Source of the DNA: Antedon mediterranea
Taxonomy: Eukaryota; Animalia; Echinodermata
Assembly: GCF_964355755.1 (NCBI RefSeq)
Contig: NC_092671.1
Coordinates: 21,531,317 to 21,595,316, forward strand
DNA: 64,000 bases
Direction of reading: 5' to 3'
In this document: piece by piece, positions 11,601-27,076 of the stretch
Layout: each line of letters opens with the position of its first letter
How positions within the stretch are numbered: position 1 is the stretch's first letter
Position numbers and translations under genes: made by a program
The notes under the pieces: generated by a model
What the model saw: the letters and a program-made list of their open reading frames with translations, nothing else
The model's database searches: none
Told to the model about the DNA's origin: nothing

Positions 11601-14600
11601 ACATAAAAACACCAAAGTGCTTAGAATACCTTCAAATCGCATTTGGAGACGTTTAAGACCATTTTGTGATTTTCGAAAAAACTTGTTAACATAAAAACAC
11701 CAAAGTGCTTAGAATAGCTTCAAATCGCATTTGGAGACGTTTTAGACCAATTTGTGATTTTCGAAAAAACTTGGTTACACAAAAACATCAAAGTGGATAA
11801 AAGCACATTATAAACCGTTTTAGACCATTTTGAGCATTTCGATAACACATTTCACACAAAAACATCAAAGAGCACAAAATAGCTTAATATCGTATTTAAA
11901 AACGTTTTAAACCATTTTGAGCATTTCGACAAAACTTTTTCACACAAAACACCAAAGTGTTTAGAAAAGCTTCAAATCGCATTTGGAGACGTTTTAGACC
12001 ATTTTGGGATTTTCGAAAAAACTTGTTAACATAAAAACACCAAAGTGCTTAGAATAGCTTCAAATCGCATTTGAAGACGTTTTAGACCATTTTGTAATTT
12101 TCGAAAAAACTTGTTAACATAAAAACACCAAAATGTTTAGAATAGCTTCAAATCGCATTTGGAGACGTTTTAGACCATTTTGTGATTTTCGAAAAAACTT
12201 GTTAACACAAAAACACCAAAGTGATTAGAATAGCTTCAAATCGCATTTGGAGACGTTTTAGACCATTTTGTGATTTTCGAAAAAACTTGTTAACATAAAA
12301 ACACCAAAGTGATTAGAATAGCTTCAAATCGCATTTGGAGACGTTTTAGACCATTTTGTGCATTTCGATGAAACTTGGTTACGCAAAAACATCAAAGTAA
12401 TAATCACATTATAAACAGTTTTAGACCATTTTGAGCATATCGATAAAACTTTTTACACAAAACACCAAAGTGCTTAGAATAGCTTCAAATCGCATTTGGA
12501 GACGTTTTAGACCATTTTGTGATTTTCGACAAAACTTTTTCACACAAAACACCAAAGTGCTTAGAATACCTTCAAATCGCATTTGGAGACGTTTTAGACC
12601 ATTTTGTGATTTTCGAAAAAACTTGTTAACATAAAAACATCAAAGTGTACAGATTAGCTTCAAATCGCATTTGGAGACGTTTTAGACCATTTTGTGATTT
12701 TCGAAAAAACTTGTTAACATAAAAACACCAAAGTGCTTAGAATAGCTTCAAATCGCATTAGGAGACGTTTTAGACCATTTTGTTATTTTCGAAAAAACTT
12801 GTTAACATAAAAACATCAAAGTGTACAGAATAGCTTCAAATCGCATTTGGAGACGTTTTAGACCATTTTGTGATTTTCGAAAAAACTTGTTAACATAAAA
12901 ACACCAAAGTGCTTAGAATAGCTTCAAATCGCATTAGGAGACGTTTTAGACCATTTTGTGATTTTCGAAAAAACTTGTTAACATAAAAACACCAAAGTGC
13001 TTAGAATAGCTTCAAATCGCATTTGGAGACGTTTTAGACCATTTTGTGATTTTCGAAAAAACTTGTTAACATAAAAACACCAAAATGTTTAGAATAGCTT
13101 CAAATCACATTTGGAGACGTTTTAGACCATTTTGTGATTTTCGAAAAAACTTGTTAACACAAAAACACCAAAGTGATTAGAATAGCTTCAAATCGCATTT
13201 GGAGACGTTTTAGACCAATTTGTGCATTTCGATGAAACTTGGTTACGCAAAAACATCAAAGTGCTTAAAATCACATTATAAACCGTTTTAGACCATTTTG
13301 AGCATATCGATAACACTTTTCACACAAAAACATCAAAGAGCACAATATAGCTTAATATCTTATTTAAAAACGTTTTAGACCATTTTGAGCATTTCGACAA
13401 AACTTTTTCACACAAAACACCAAAGTGCTTAGAATAGCTTCAAATCGCATTTGGAGACGTTTTAGACCATTTTGTGATTTTCGAAAAAACTTTTTCACAC
13501 AAAACACCAAAGTGCTTAGAATACCTTCAAATCGCATTTGGAGACGTTTTAGACCATTTTGTGATTTTCGAAAAAACTTGTTAACATAAAAACATCAAAG
13601 TGTACAGAATAGCTTCAAATCGCATTTGGAGACGTTTTAGACCATTTTGTGATTTTCGAAAAAACTTGTTAACATAAAAACACCAAAGTGCTTAGAATAG
13701 CTTCAAATCGCATTAGGAGACGTTTTAGACCATTTTGTGATTTTCGAAAAAACTTGTTAACACAAAAACACCAAAGTGCTTAGAATAGCTTCAAATCGCA
13801 TTTGGAGACGTTTTAGACCATTTTGTGATTTTCGAAAAAACTTGTTAACATTAAAACACCAAAATGTTTAGAATAGCTTCAAATCGCATTTGGAGACGTT
13901 TTAGACCATTTTGTGATTTTCGAAAAAACTTGTTAACACAAAAACACCAAAGTGATTAGAATAGCTTCAAATCGCATTTGGAGACGTTTTAGACCATTTT
14001 GTGCATTTCGATGAAACTTGGTTACGGAAAAACATCAAAGTGCTTAAAATCACATTATAAACCGTTTTAGACCATTTTGAGCATATCGATAACACTTTTC
14101 ACACAAAAACATCAAAGAGCACAATATAGCTTAATATCGTATTTAAAAACGTTTTAGACCATTTTGAGCATTTCGACAAAACTTTTTCACACAAAACACC
14201 AAAGTGCTTAGAATAGCTTCAAATCGCATTTGGAGACGTTTTAGACCATTTTGTGATTTTCGAAAAAACTTGTTAACATAAAAACACCAAAGTGATTAGA
14301 ATAGCTTCAAATCGCATTTGGAGACGTTTTAGACCATTTTGTGCATTTCGATGAAACTTGGTTACGCAAAAACATCAAAGTGCTTAAAATCACATTATAA
14401 ACAGTTTTAGACCATTTTGAGCATATCGATAACACTTTTTACACAAAACACCAAAGTGCTTAGAATAGCTTCAAATCGCATTTGGAGACGTTTTAGACCA
14501 TTTTGTGATTTTCGACAAAACTTTTTCACACAAAACACCAAAGTGCTTAGAATACCTTCAAATCGCATTTGGAGACGTTTTAGACCATTTTGTGATTTTC

Positions 14601-17600
14601 GAAAAAACTTGTTAACATAAAAACATCAAAGTGTACAGAATAGCTTCAAATCGCATTTGGAGACGTTTTAGACCATTTTGTGATTTTCGAAAAAACTTGT
14701 TAACATAAAAACACCAAAGTGCTTAGAATAGCTTCAAATCGCATTAGGAGACGTTTTAGACCATTTTGTGATTTTCGAAAAAACTTGTTAACATAAAAAC
14801 ACCAAAGTGCTTAGAATAGCTTCAAATCGCATTTGGAGACGTTTTAGACCATTTTGTGATTTTCGAAAAAACTTGTTAACATAAAAACACCAAAATGTTT
14901 AGAATAGCTTCAAATCGCATTTGGAGACGTTTTAGACCATTTTGTGATTTTCGAAAAAACTTGTTAACACAAAAACACCAAAGTGATTAGAATAGCTTCA
15001 AATCGCATTTGGAGACGTTTTAGACCATTTTGTGCATTTCGATGAAACTTGGTTACGCAAAAACATCAAAGTGCTTAAAATCACATTATAAACCGTTTTA
15101 GACCATTTTGAGCATATCGATAACACTTTTCACACAAAAACATCAAAGAGCACAATATAGCTTAATATCGTATTTAAAAACGTTTTAGACCATTTTGAGC
15201 ATTTCGACAAAACTTTTTCACACAAAACACCAAAGTGCTTAGAATAGCTTCAAATCGCATTTGGAGACGTTTTAGACCATTTTGTGATTTTCGAAAAAAC
15301 TTGTTAACATAAAAACATCAAAGGGCTAAGAATAGCTTCAAATGGCATTTGGAGACATTTTAGAACAATTAGTGATTTTCGAAAAAACTTGGTTACACAA
15401 AAACATCAAAGTGGTTAAAATCACATTATAAACCGTTTTAGACCATTTTGAGCATTTCGATAACACTTTTTACACAAAAACATCAAAGTGCTTAGAATAG
15501 CTTCAAATCGCATTTGGAGACGTTTTAGACCATTTTGTGATTTTTGAAAAAAACTTTTTAACATAAAAACACCAAACTGCTAAGAATAGCTTCAAATCGC
15601 ATATGGAGACAATTTAGACCATTTTGTGATTTTCGAAAAAACTTGTTAACATAAAAACACCAAAGTGCTTAGAATACCTTCAAATCGCATTTGGAGACGT
15701 TTTAGACCATTTTGTGATTTTCGAAAAAACTTGTTAACATAAAAACATCAAAGTGTACAGAATAGCTTCAAATCGCATTTGGAGACGTTTTAGACCATTT
15801 TGTGATTTTCGAAAAAACTTGTTAACATAAAAACACCAAAGTGCTTAGAATAGCTTCAAATCGCATTAGGAGACGTTTTAGACCATTTTGTGATTTTCGA
15901 AAAAACTTGTTAACATAAAAACACCAAAGTGCTTAGAATAGCTTCAAATCGCATTTGGAGACGTTTTAGACCATTTTGTAATTTTCGAAAAAACTTGTTA
16001 ACATAAAAACACCAAAATGTTTAGAATAGCTTCAAATCACATTTGGAGACGTTTTAGACCATTTTGTGATTTTCGAAAAAACTTGTTAACACAAAAACAC
16101 CAAAGTGATTAGAATAGCTTCAAATCGCATTTGGAGACGTTTTAGACCATTTTGTGCATTTCGATGAAACTTGGTTACGCAAAAACATCAAAGTGCTTAA
16201 AATCACATTATAAACCGTTTTAGACCATTTTGAGCATATCGATAACACTTTTCACACAAAAACATCAAAGAGCACAATATAGCTTAATATCGTATTTAAA
16301 AACGTTTTAGACCATTTTGAGCATTTCGACAAAACTTTTTCACACAAAACACCAAAGTGCTTAGAATAGCTTCAAATCGCATTTGGAGACGTTTTAGACC
16401 ATTTTGTGATTTTCGAAAAAACTTGTTAACATAAAAACATCAAAGTGCTAAGAATAGTTTCAAATCGAATTTGGAGACATTTTAGACCAATTAGTGATTT
16501 TCGAAAAAACTTGGTTACACAAAAACATCAAAGTGGTTAAAATCACATTATAAACCGTTTTAGACCATTTTGAGCATTTCGATAACACTTTTCACACAAA
16601 AACATCAAAGTGCTTAGAATAGCTTCAAATCGCATTTGGAGACGTTTTAGACCATTTTGTGATTTTCGAAAAAAACTTTTTAACATAAAAACACCAAACT
16701 GCTAAGAATAGCTTCAAATCGCATATGGAGACAATTTAGACCATTTTGTGATTTTCGAAAAAACTTGTTAACATAAAAACACCAAAGTGCTTAGAATACC
16801 TTCAAATCGCATTTGGAGACATTTTAGACCATTTTGTGATTTTCGAAAAAACTTGTTAACATAAAAACATCAAAGTGCTAAGAATAGCTTCCAATCGCAT
16901 TTGGAGACGTTTTAGACCATTTTGTGATTTTCGAAAACAACTTGTTAACATAAAAACACCAAAGTGCTTAGAATAGCTTCAAATCGCATTTGGAGACGTT
17001 TTAGACCAATTTGTGATTTTCGAAAAAACTTGGTTACACAAAAACATCAAAGTGGATAAAATCACATTATAAACCGTTTTAGACCATTTTGAGCATATCG
17101 ATAACACTTTTCACACAAAAACATCAAAGACCACAATATAGCTTAATATCGTATTTAAAAACGTTTTAGACCATTTTGAGCATTTCGACAAAACTTTTTC
17201 ACACAAAACACCAAAGTGCTTAGAATAGCTTCAAATCGCATTTGGAGACGTTTTAGACCATTTTGTGATTTTCGAAAAAACTTGTTAACATAAAAACATC
17301 AAAGTGCTAAGAATAGCTTCAAATCGAATTTGGAGACATTTTAGACCAATTAGTGATTTTCGAAAAAACTTGGTTACACAAAAACATCAAAGTGGTTAAA
17401 ATCACATTATAAACCGTTTTAGACCATTTTGAGCATTTCGATAACACTTTTCACACAAAAACATCAAAGTGCTTAGAATAGCTTCAAATCGCATTTGGAG
17501 ACGTTTTAGACCATTTTGTGATTTTCGAAAAAAACTTTTTAACATAAAAACACCAAACTGCTAAGAATAGCTTCAAATCGCATATGGAGACAATTTAGAC

Positions 17601-20600
17601 CATTTTGTGATTTTCGAAAAAACTTGTTAACATAAAAACACCAAAGTGCTTAGAATACCTTCAAATCGCATTTGGAGACATTTTAGACCATTTTGTGATT
17701 TTCGAAAAAACTTGTTAACATAAAAACATCAAAGTGCTAAGAATAGCTTCCAATCGCATTTGGAGACGTTTTAGACTATTTTGTGATTTTCGAAAACAAC
17801 TTGTTAACATAAAAACACCAAAGTGCTTAGAATAGCTTCAAATCGCATTTGGAGACGTTTTAGACCAATTTGTGATTTTCGAAAAAACTTGGTTACACAA
17901 AAACATCAAAGTGGATAAAATCACATTATAAACCGTTTTAGACCATTTTGAGCATTTCGATAACACATTTCACACAAAAACATCAAAGAGCACAAAATAG
18001 CTTAATATCGTATTTAAAAACGTTTTAAACCATTTTGAGCATTTCGACAAAACTTTTTCACACAAAACACCAAAGTGTACAGAATAGCTTCAAATCCCAT
18101 TTGGAGACGTTTTAGACCATTTTGTGATTTTCGAAAAAACTTGTTAATATAAAAACACCAAAGTACTTAGAATAGCTTCAAATCGCATTTGGAGACGTTG
18201 TAGACCATTTTGTGATTTTCGAAAAAACTTGTTAACATAAAAACACCAAAGTTTACAGAATAGCTTCAAATCGCATTTGGAGACGTTTTAGACAATTTTG
18301 TGCATTTCGATGAAACTTGGTTACACAAAAATATCAAAGTGCTTAAAATCACATTATAAACCGTTTTAGACCATTTGAGCATTTCCATAACACTTTTCAC
18401 ACAAAAACATCAAAGGGCACAATATAGCTTAATATCCTATTTAAAAACGTTTTAGACCATTTTGAGCATTTCGACAAAACTTTTTCACACAAAACACCAA
18501 AGTGCTTAGAATACCTTCAAATCGCATTTGGAGACGTTTTAGACCATTTTGTGATTTTCGAAAAAACTTAACATAAAAACATCAAAGTTTACAGAATAGC
18601 TTCAAATCGCATTTGGAGACGTTTTAAACCATTTTGTGATTTTCGAAAAAACTTGTTAACATAAAAACACCAAAATGTTTAGAATAGCTTCAAATCGCAT
18701 TTGGAGACGTTTTAGACCATTTTGTGATTTTCGAAAAAACTTGTTAACACAAAAACACCAAAGTGATTAGAATAGCTTCAAATCGCATTTGGAGACGTTT
18801 TAGACCATTTTGTGATTTTCGAAAAAACTTGTTAACATAAAAACACCAAAGTGATTAGAATAGCTTCAAATCGCATTTGGAGACGTTTTAGACCATTTTG
18901 TGCATTTCGATGAAACTTGGTTACGCAAAAACAAAAAAGTGCTTAAAATCACATTATGAACCGTTTTAGACCATTTTGAGCATATCGATAACACTTTTTA
19001 CACAAAACGCCAAAGTGCTTAGAATAGCTTCAAATCGCATTTGGAGACGTTTTAGACCATTTTGTGATTTTCGACAAAACTTTTTCACACAAAACACCAA
19101 AGTGCTTAGAATACCTTCAAATCGCATTTGGAGACGTTTTAGACCATTTTGTGATTTTCGAAAAAACTTGTTAACATAAAAACATCAAAGTGTACAGAAT
19201 AGCTTCAAATCGCATTTGGAGACGTTTTAGACCATTTTGTGATTTTCGAAAAAACTTGTTAACATAAAAACACCAAAGTGCTTAGAATAGCTTCAAATCG
19301 CATTAGGAGACGTTTTAGACCATTTTGTGATTTTCGAAAAAACTTGTTAACATAAAAACACCAAAGTGCTTAGAATAGCTTCAAATCGCATTTGGAGACG
19401 TTTTAGACCATTTTGTGATTTTCGAAAAAACTTGTTAACATAAAAACACCAAAGTTCTTAAAATAGCTTCAAATCGCATTTGGAGACGTTTTAGACCATT
19501 TTGTGATTTTCGAAAAAACTTGTTAACATAAAAACACCAAAGTGCTTAGAATAGCTTCAAATCGCATTTGGAGACGTTTTAGACCATTTTGGGATTTTTG
19601 AAAAAACTTGTTAACATAAAAACACCAAAGTTCTTAGAATAGCTTCAAATCGCATTTGGAGACGTTTTAGACCATTTTGTGCATTTCGATGAAACTTGGT
19701 TACACAAAAACATCAAAGTGCTTAAAATCACGTTATAAACCGTTTTAGACCATTTGAGCATTTCGATAACACTTTTCACACAAAAACATCAAAGGGCACA
19801 ATATAGCTTAATATCCTATTTAAAAACGTTTTAGACCATTTTGAGCATTTCGACAAAACTTTTTCACACAAAACACCAAAGTGCTTAGAATACCTTCAAA
19901 TCGCATTTGGAGACGTTTTAGACAATTTTGTGATTTTCGAAAAAACTTGTTAACATAAAAACATCAAAGTTTACAGAATAGCTTCAAATCGCTTTTGGAG
20001 ACGTTTTAGACAATTTTGTGATTTTCGAAAAAACTTGTTAACATAAAAACACCAAAGTGCTTAGAATAGCTTCAAATTGCATTGGGAGACGTTTTAGACC
20101 ATTTTGTGATTTTCGAAAAAACTTGTTAACATAAAAACATCAAAGTGTACAGAATAGCTTCAAATCGCATTTGGAGACGTTTTAGACCATTTTGTGATTT
20201 TCGAAAAAACTTGTTAACATAAAAACACCAAAGTGCTTAGAATAGCTTCAAATCGCATTTGGAGACGTTTTAAACCATTTTGTGATTTTCGAAAAAACTT
20301 GTTAACATAAAAACACCAAAATGTTTAGAATAGCTTCAAATCGCATTTGGAGACGTTTTAGACCATTTTGTGATTTTCGAAAAAACTTGTTAACACAAAA
20401 ACACCAAAGTGATTAGAATAGCTTCAAATCGCATTTGGAGACGTTTTAGACCATTTTGTGATTTTCGAAAAAACTTGTTAACATAAAAACACCAAAGTGA
20501 TTAGAATAGCTTCAAATCGCATTTGGAGACGTTTTAGACCATTTTGTGCATTTCGAGGAAACTTGGTTACGCAAAAACATCAAAGTGCTTAAAATCACAT

Positions 20601-23600
20601 TATAAACCGTTTTAGACCATTTTGAGCATATCGATAACACTTTTTACACAAAACACCAAAGTGCTTAGAATAGCTTCAAATCGCATTTGGAGACGTTTTA
20701 GACCATTTTGTGATTTTCGACAAAACTTTTTCACACAAAACACCAAAATGCTTAGAATACCTTCAAATCGCATTTGGAGAGGTTTTAGACCATTTTGTGA
20801 TTTTCGAAAAAACTTGTTAACATAAAAACATCAAAGTGTACAGAATAGCTTCAAATCGCATTTGGAGACGTTTTAGACCATTTTGTGATTTTCGAAAAAA
20901 CTTGTTAACATAAAAACACCAAAGTGCTTAGAATAGCTTCAAATCGCATTAGGAGACGTTTTAGACCATTTTGTGATTTTCGAAAAACTTGTTAACATAA
21001 AAACACCAAAGTGCTTAGAATAGCTTCAAATCGCATTTGGAGACGTTTTAGACCATTTTGTGATTTTCGAAAAAACTTGTTAACATAAAAACACCAAAAT
21101 GTTTAGAATAGCTTCAAATCGCATTTGGAGACGTTTTAGACCATTTTGTGATTTTCGAAAAAACTTGTTAACACAAAAACACCAAAGTGATTAGAATAGC
21201 TTCAAATCGCATTTGGAGACGTTTTAGACCATTTTGTGCATTTCGATGAAACTTGGTTACGCAAAAACATCAAAGTGCTTAAAATCACATTATAAACCGT
21301 TTTAGACCATTTTGAGCATATCGATAACACTTTTCACACAAAAACATCAAAGAGCACAATATAGCTTAATATCGTATTTAAAAACGTTTTAGACCATTTT
21401 GAGCATTTCGACAAAACTTTTTCACACAAAACACCAAAGTGCTTAGAATAGCTTCAAATCGCATTTGGAGACGTTTTAGACCATTTTGTGATTTTCGAAA
21501 AAACTTGTTAACATAAAAACATCAAAGGGCTAAGAATAGCTTCAAATCGCATTTGGAGACATTTTAGACCAATTAGTGATTTTCGAAAAAACTTGGTTAC
21601 ACAAAAACATCAAAGTGGTTAAAATCACATTATAAACCGTTTTAGACCATTTTGAGCATTTCGATAACACTTTTTACACAAAAACATCAAAGTGCTTAGA
21701 ATAGCTTCAAATCGCATTTGGAGACGTTTTAGACCATTTTGTGATTTTTGAAAAAAACTTTTTAACATAAAAACACCAAACTGCTAAGAATAGCTTCAAA
21801 TCGCATATGGAGACAATTTAGACCATTTTGTGATTTTCGAAAAAACTTGTTAACATAAAAACACCAAAGTGCTTAGAATACCTTCAAATCGCATTTGGAG
21901 ACGTTTTAGACCATTTTGTGATTTTCCAAAAAACTTGTTAACATAAAAACATCAAAGTGTACAGAATAGCTTCAAATCGCATTTGGAGACGTTTTAGACC
22001 ATTTTGTGATTTTCGAAAAAACTTGTTAACATAAAAACACCAAAGTGCTTAGAATAGCTTCAAATCGCATTAGGAGACGTTTTAGACCATTTTGTGATTT
22101 TCGAAAAAACTTGTTAACATAAAAACACCAAAGTGCTTAGAATAGCTTCAAATCGCATTTGGAGACGTTTTAGACCATTTTGTGATTTTCGAAAAAACTT
22201 GTTAACATAAAAACACCAAAATGTTTAGAATAGCTTCAAATCACATTTGGAGACGTTTTAGACCATTTTGTGATTTTCGAAAAAACTTGTTAACACAAAA
22301 ACACCAAAGTGATTAGAATAGCTTCAAATCGCATTTGGAGACGTTTTAGACCAATTTGTGCATTTCGATGAAACTTGGTTACGCAAAAACATCAAAGTGC
22401 TTAAAATCACATTATAAACCGTTTTAGACCATTTTGAGCATATCGATAACACTTTTCACACAAAAACATCAAAGAGCACAATATAGCTTAATATCTTATT
22501 TAAAAACGTTTTAGACCATTTTGAGCATTTCGACAAAACTTTTTCACACAAAACACCAAAGTGCTTAGAATAGCTTCAAATCGCATTTGGAGACGTTTTA
22601 GACCATTTTGTGATTTTCGAAAAAACTTGTTAACATAAAAACATCAAAGTGCTAAGAATAGCTTCAAATCGCATTTGGAGACATTTTAGACCAATTAGTG
22701 ATTTTCGAAAAAACTTGGTTACATAAAAACATCAAAGTGGTTAAAATCACATTATAAACCGTTTTAGACCATTTTGAGCATTTCGATAACACTTTTCACA
22801 CAAAAACATCAAAGTGCTTAGAATAGCTTCAAATCGCATTTGGAGACGTTTTAGACCATTTTGTGATTTTCGAAAAAAACTTTTTAACATAAAAACACCA
22901 AACTTCTAAGAATAGCTTCAAATCGCATATGGAGACAATTTAGACCATTTTGTGATTTTCGAAAAAACTTGTTAACATAAAAACACCAAAGTGCTAAGAA
23001 TAGCTTCAAATCGCATATGGAGACAATTTAGACCATTTTGTGATTTTCGAAAAAACTTGTTAACATAAAAACACCAAAGTGCTTAGAATACCTTCAAATC
23101 GCATTTGGAGACGTTTAAGACCATTTTGTGATTTTCGAAAAAACTTGTTAACATAAAAACACCAAAGTGCTTAGAATAGCTTCAAATCGCATTTGGAGAC
23201 GTTTTAGACCAATTTGTGATTTTCGAAAAAACTTGGTTACACAAAAACATCAAAGTGGATAAAAGCACATTATAAACCGTTTTAGACCATTTTGAGCATT
23301 TCGATAACACATTTCACACAAAAACATCAAAGAGCACAAAATAGCTTAATATCGTATTTAAAAACGTTTTAAACCATTTTGAGCATTTCGACAAAACTTT
23401 TTCACACAAAACACCAAAGTGTTTAGAAAGCTTCAAATCGCATTTGGAGACGTTTTAGACCATTTTGTGATTTTCGAAAAAACTTGTTAACACAAAAACA
23501 CCAAAGTGATTAGAATAGCTTCAAATCGCATTTGGAGACGTTTTAGACCATTTTGTGATTTTCGAAAAAACTTGTTAACATAAAAACACCAAAGTGATTA

Positions 23601-26600
23601 GAATAGCTTCAAATCGCATTTGGAGACGTTTTAGACCATTTTGTGCATTTCGATGAAACTTGGTTACGCAAAAACATCAAAGTAATAATCACATTATAAA
23701 CAGTTTTAGACCATTTTGAGCATATCGATAAAACTTTTTACACAAAACACCAAAGTGCTTAGAATAGCTTCAAATCGCATTTGGAGACGTTTTAGACCAT
23801 TTTGTGATTTTCGACAAAACTTTTTCACACAAAACACCAAAGTGCTTAGAATACCTTCAAATCGCATTTGGAGACGTTTTAGACCATTTTGTGATTTTCG
23901 AAAAAACTTGTTAACATAAAAACATCAAAGTGTACAGATTAGCTTCAAATCGCATTTGGAGACGTTTTAGACCATTTTGTGATTTTCGAAAAAACTTGTT
24001 AACATAAAAACACCAAAGTGCTTAGAATAGCTTCAAATCGCATTAGGAGACGTTTTAGACCATTTTGTTATTTTCGAAAAAACTTGTTAACATAAAAACA
24101 CCAAAATGTTTAGAATAGCTTCAAATCGCATTTGGAGACGTTTTAGACCATTTTGTGATTTTCGAAAAAACTTGTTAACATAAAAACACCAAAGTGCTTA
24201 GAATACCTTCAAATCGCATTTGGAGACGTTTTAGACCATTTTGTGATTTTCCAAAAAACTTGTTAACATAAAAACATCAAAGTGTACAGAATAGCTTCAA
24301 ATCGCATTTGGAGACGTTTTAGACCATTTTGTGATTTTCGAAAAAACTTGTTAACATAAAAACACCAAAGTGCTTAGAATAGCTTCAAATCGCATTAGGA
24401 GACGTTTTAGACCATTTTGTGATTTTCGAAAAAACTTGTTAACATAAAAACACCAAAGTGCTTAGAATAGCTTCAAATCGCATTTGGAGACGTTTTAGAC
24501 CATTTTGTGATTTTCGAAAAAACTTGTTAACATAAAAACACCAAAATGTTTAGAATAGCTTCAAATCACATTTGGAGACGTTTTAGACCATTTTGTGATT
24601 TTCGAAAAAACTTGTTAACACAAAAACACCAAAGTGATTAGAATAGCTTCAAATCGCATTTGGAGACGTTTTAGACCAATTTGTGCATTTCGATGAAACT
24701 TGGTTACGCAAAAACATCAAAGTGCTTAAAATCACATTATAAACCGTTTTAGACCATTTTGAGCATATCGATAACACTTTTCACACAAAAACATCAAAGA
24801 GCACAATATAGCTTAATATCTTATTTAAAAACGTTTTAGACCATTTTGAGCATTTCGACAAAACTTTTTCACACAAAACACCAAAGTGCTTAGAATAGCT
24901 TCAAATCGCATTTGGAGACGTTTTAGACCATTTTGTGATTTTCGAAAAAACTTTTTAACATAAAAACACCAAACTGCTAAGAATAGCTTCAAATCGCATA
25001 TGGAGACAATTTAGACCATTTTGTGATTTTCGAAAAAACTTGTTAACATAAAAACACCAAAGTGCTTAGAATACCTTCAAATCGCATTTGGAGACATTTT
25101 AGACCATTTTGTGATTTTCGAAAAAACTTGTTAACATAAAAACATCAAAGTGCTAAGAATAGCTTCCAATCGCATTTGTAGACGTTTTAGACCATTTTGT
25201 GATTTTCGAAAACAACTTGTTAACATAAAAACACCAAAGTGCTTAGAATAGCTTCAAATCGCATTTGGAGACGTTTTAGACCATTTTGTGATTTTCGAAA
25301 AAACTTGTTAACATAAAAACATCAAAGTGCTAAGAATAGCTTCAAATCGAATTTGGAGACATTTTAGACCAATTAGTGATTTTCGAAAAAACTTGGTTAC
25401 ACAAAAACATCAAAGTGGTTAAAATCACATTATAAACCGTTTTAGACCATTTTGAGCATTTCGATAACACTTTTCACACAAAAACATCAAAGTGCTTAGA
25501 ATAGCTTCAAATCGCATTTGGAGACGTTTTAGACCATTTTGTGATTTTCGAAAAAAACTTTTTAACATAAAAACACCAAACTGCTAAGAATAGCTTCAAA
25601 TCGCATATGGAGACAATTTAGACCATTTTGTGATTTTCGAAAAAACTTGTTAACATAAAAACACCAAAGTGCTTAGAATACCTTCAAATCGCATTTGGAG
25701 ACATTTTAGACCATTTTGTGATTTTCGAAAAAACTTGTTAACATAAAAACATCAAAGTGCTAAGAATAGCTTCCAATCGCATTTGGAGACGTTTTAGACC
25801 ATTTTGTGATTTTCGAAAAAACTTGTTAACATAAAAACACCAAAGTGATTAGAATAGCTTCAAATCGCATTTGGAGACGTTTTAGACCATTTTGTGCATT
25901 TCGATGAAACTTGGTTACGCAAAAACATCAAAGTGCTTAAAATCACATTATAAACCGTTTTAGACCATTTTGAGCATATCGATAACACTTTTTACACAAA
26001 ACACCAAAGTGCTTAGAATAGCTTCAAATCGCATTTGGAGACGTTTTAGACCATTTTGTGATTTTCGACAAAACTTTTTCACACAAAACACCAAAGTGCT
26101 TAGAATACCTTCAAATCGCATTTGGAGACGTTTTAGACCATTTTGTGATTTTCGAAAAAACTTGTTAACATAAAAACATCAAAGTGTACAGAATAGCTTC
26201 AAATCGCATTTGGAGACGTTTTAGACCATTTTGTGATTTTCGAAAAAACTTGTTAACATAAAAACACCAAAGTGCTTAGAATAGCTTCAAATCGCATTTG
26301 GAGACGTTTTAGACCATTTTGTGATTTTCGAAAAAACTTGTTAACATAAAAACACCAAAGTGCTTAGAATAGCTTCAAATCGCATTAGGAGACGTTTTAG
26401 ACCATTTTGTGATTTTCGAAAAAACTTCTTAACATAAAAACACCAAAGTGCTTAGAATAGCTTCAAATCGCATTTGGAGACGTTTTAGACCATTTTGTGA
26501 TTTTCGAAAAAACTTGTTAACATAAAAAAAACAAAGTTCTTAAAATAGCTTCAAATCGCATTTGGAGACGTTTTAGACCATTTTGTGATTTTCGAAAAAA

Positions 26601-26723
26601 CCTGTTAACATAAAAACACCAAAGTGTTTAGAAAAGCTTCAAATCGCATTTGGAGACGTTTTAGACCATTTTGGGATTTTCGAAAAAACTTGTTAACATA
26701 AAAACACCAAAGTGCTTAGAATA

Positions 26724-27076
26724 TGGCCGAGCGGTTAAGGCAGGGGCGCCGTTTATCGTACCTAAAGAGCCAACAACAACATCGGCAAGGGTTCGAGGCC
26801 GACTCGCTCCTAGTTCTGGTGGTGGAACAAGTCTTCTCGGATAAGGACTATAAACCGTAGGTCCAGTGTACACAGTTATAACATGTGTGTACTTTAAAGA
26901 ACCCAGTTCATTATTCGAAAAAGAGTAGGGGGTTACCCCGGTGAACTGGTTCACACAATAGCCTCTGTATCAGGGGGATTACCACCTATCTGATAGGACA
27001 GTGATTAATTCACTATTGGTAATCCTTGGCCACAGTGCCTAAAGACATAAAATAAAATAAAAATAAATAAATAAAT
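26724..27076 (+). mobile_element. tRNA-derived SINE, copy 2
   Basis: Identical by eye to copy 1 including tail length and both junctions; offset 18468 bp. Confidence 0.9.

Larger units (their letters stand above)
1..21800 (+). repeat. Segmental repeat with 17348-bp offset (about 1-4450 matches about 17349-21800)
   Basis: Rare variants recur at this offset: GACTATT (426), ATCCCATT (746), GTACTTAG, GTTGTAG, AACAAAAAAGTG and AACGCC. ORF pairs 1628/18976 and 3274/20622 show the same offset. Boundaries approximate. Confidence 0.8.
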
